Shown piece by piece: positions 63,894 through 64,000 of a stretch of DNA of 64,000 nucleotides. The notes beneath the pieces are model-generated. The model made no database searches, was not told the DNA's origin, and saw nothing but the letters and a program-made list of their open reading frames with translations. Each line of letters opens with the position of its first letter. Within the stretch, counting starts at the first letter, position 1. The stretch is from an uncultured bacterium (lineage in GTDB: Bacteria; Fermentibacterota; Fermentibacteria; Fermentibacterales; JCC-6): NCBI GenBank assembly GCA_964541235.1, contig CAZIPI010000013.1, positions 2,036-66,035 on the forward strand, read 5' to 3'. Both the position numbers and the translations under genes were made by a program.

Positions 63894-64000
63894 ACATCGA
63901 ACTGGTGGGGACCTTCGCGGTGCTGGGCATTGCGGTTGTGCTCTTCCTCACGGAAAGGCTTCGGCCCGACGTAGTTGCCCTGGCGACAGTCGCGGCCCTG
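63890..64000 (+). CDS. SLC13/DASS-type permease, N-terminal fragment (continues past window)
   Basis: ATG 63890 overlaps the tetR stop (ATGA). My translation MNIELVGTFAVLGIAVVLFLTERLRPDVVALATVAAL aligns with the N-terminus of the 475-2226 permease. Confidence 0.6.
   Translation, partial: MNIELVGTFAVLGIAVVLFLTERLRPDVVALATVAAL

Overview
The window is GC-rich (not computed) and densely packed with about 60 protein-coding genes from what looks like one uncultivated bacterium. I found no rRNA, tRNA, CRISPR array, transposase, integrase or phage genes. Because of the GC content, many long track ORFs are antisense shadows of real genes. Several real starts are internal or non-ATG (TTG/GTG) codons behind GGAGG-type ribosome-binding sites (RBS).

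Most of the content is housekeeping:
- malQ, comEB-like dCMP deaminase, recJ-like, valS, glyQS, recO
- phoH-pgpH-ybeY-corC block
- rho, rpmE, prfA-prmC, ispG, glnA, nth, rnd
- tadA, pepP, hsp20, tldD/pmbA, htrA

Genes are often chained by 4-nt ATGA/GTGA overlaps. A large share of the remaining genes encode envelope or secreted proteins:
- several predicted beta-barrels, an OmpA-family protein and a TonB-dependent receptor
- three paralogous beta-propeller lipoproteins
- a lamin-tail-domain (LTD) protein and LysM and Fn3-like proteins
- a GH85-like glycosidase with a T9SS-type C-terminal sorting domain, which suggests an FCB-group-like lineage (inference only)

No recognisable defence, toxin or mobile system is present. 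The observations most worth follow-up are:
1. A conserved ~59-nt non-coding element in inverted orientation directly 3' of the OmpA-family gene and of htrA, bracketing a 9-kb block.
2. A comE-like operon in which the ComEA helix-hairpin-helix (HhH) module is fused to a predicted outer-membrane barrel, with an LTD protein next door.
3. An operon of secreted proteins built from nuclease-less ExeM/NucH-like modules.
4. A near-consensus sigma-54 promoter in front of hsp20.

All functional calls rest on motif recognition by eye. No database search was run.
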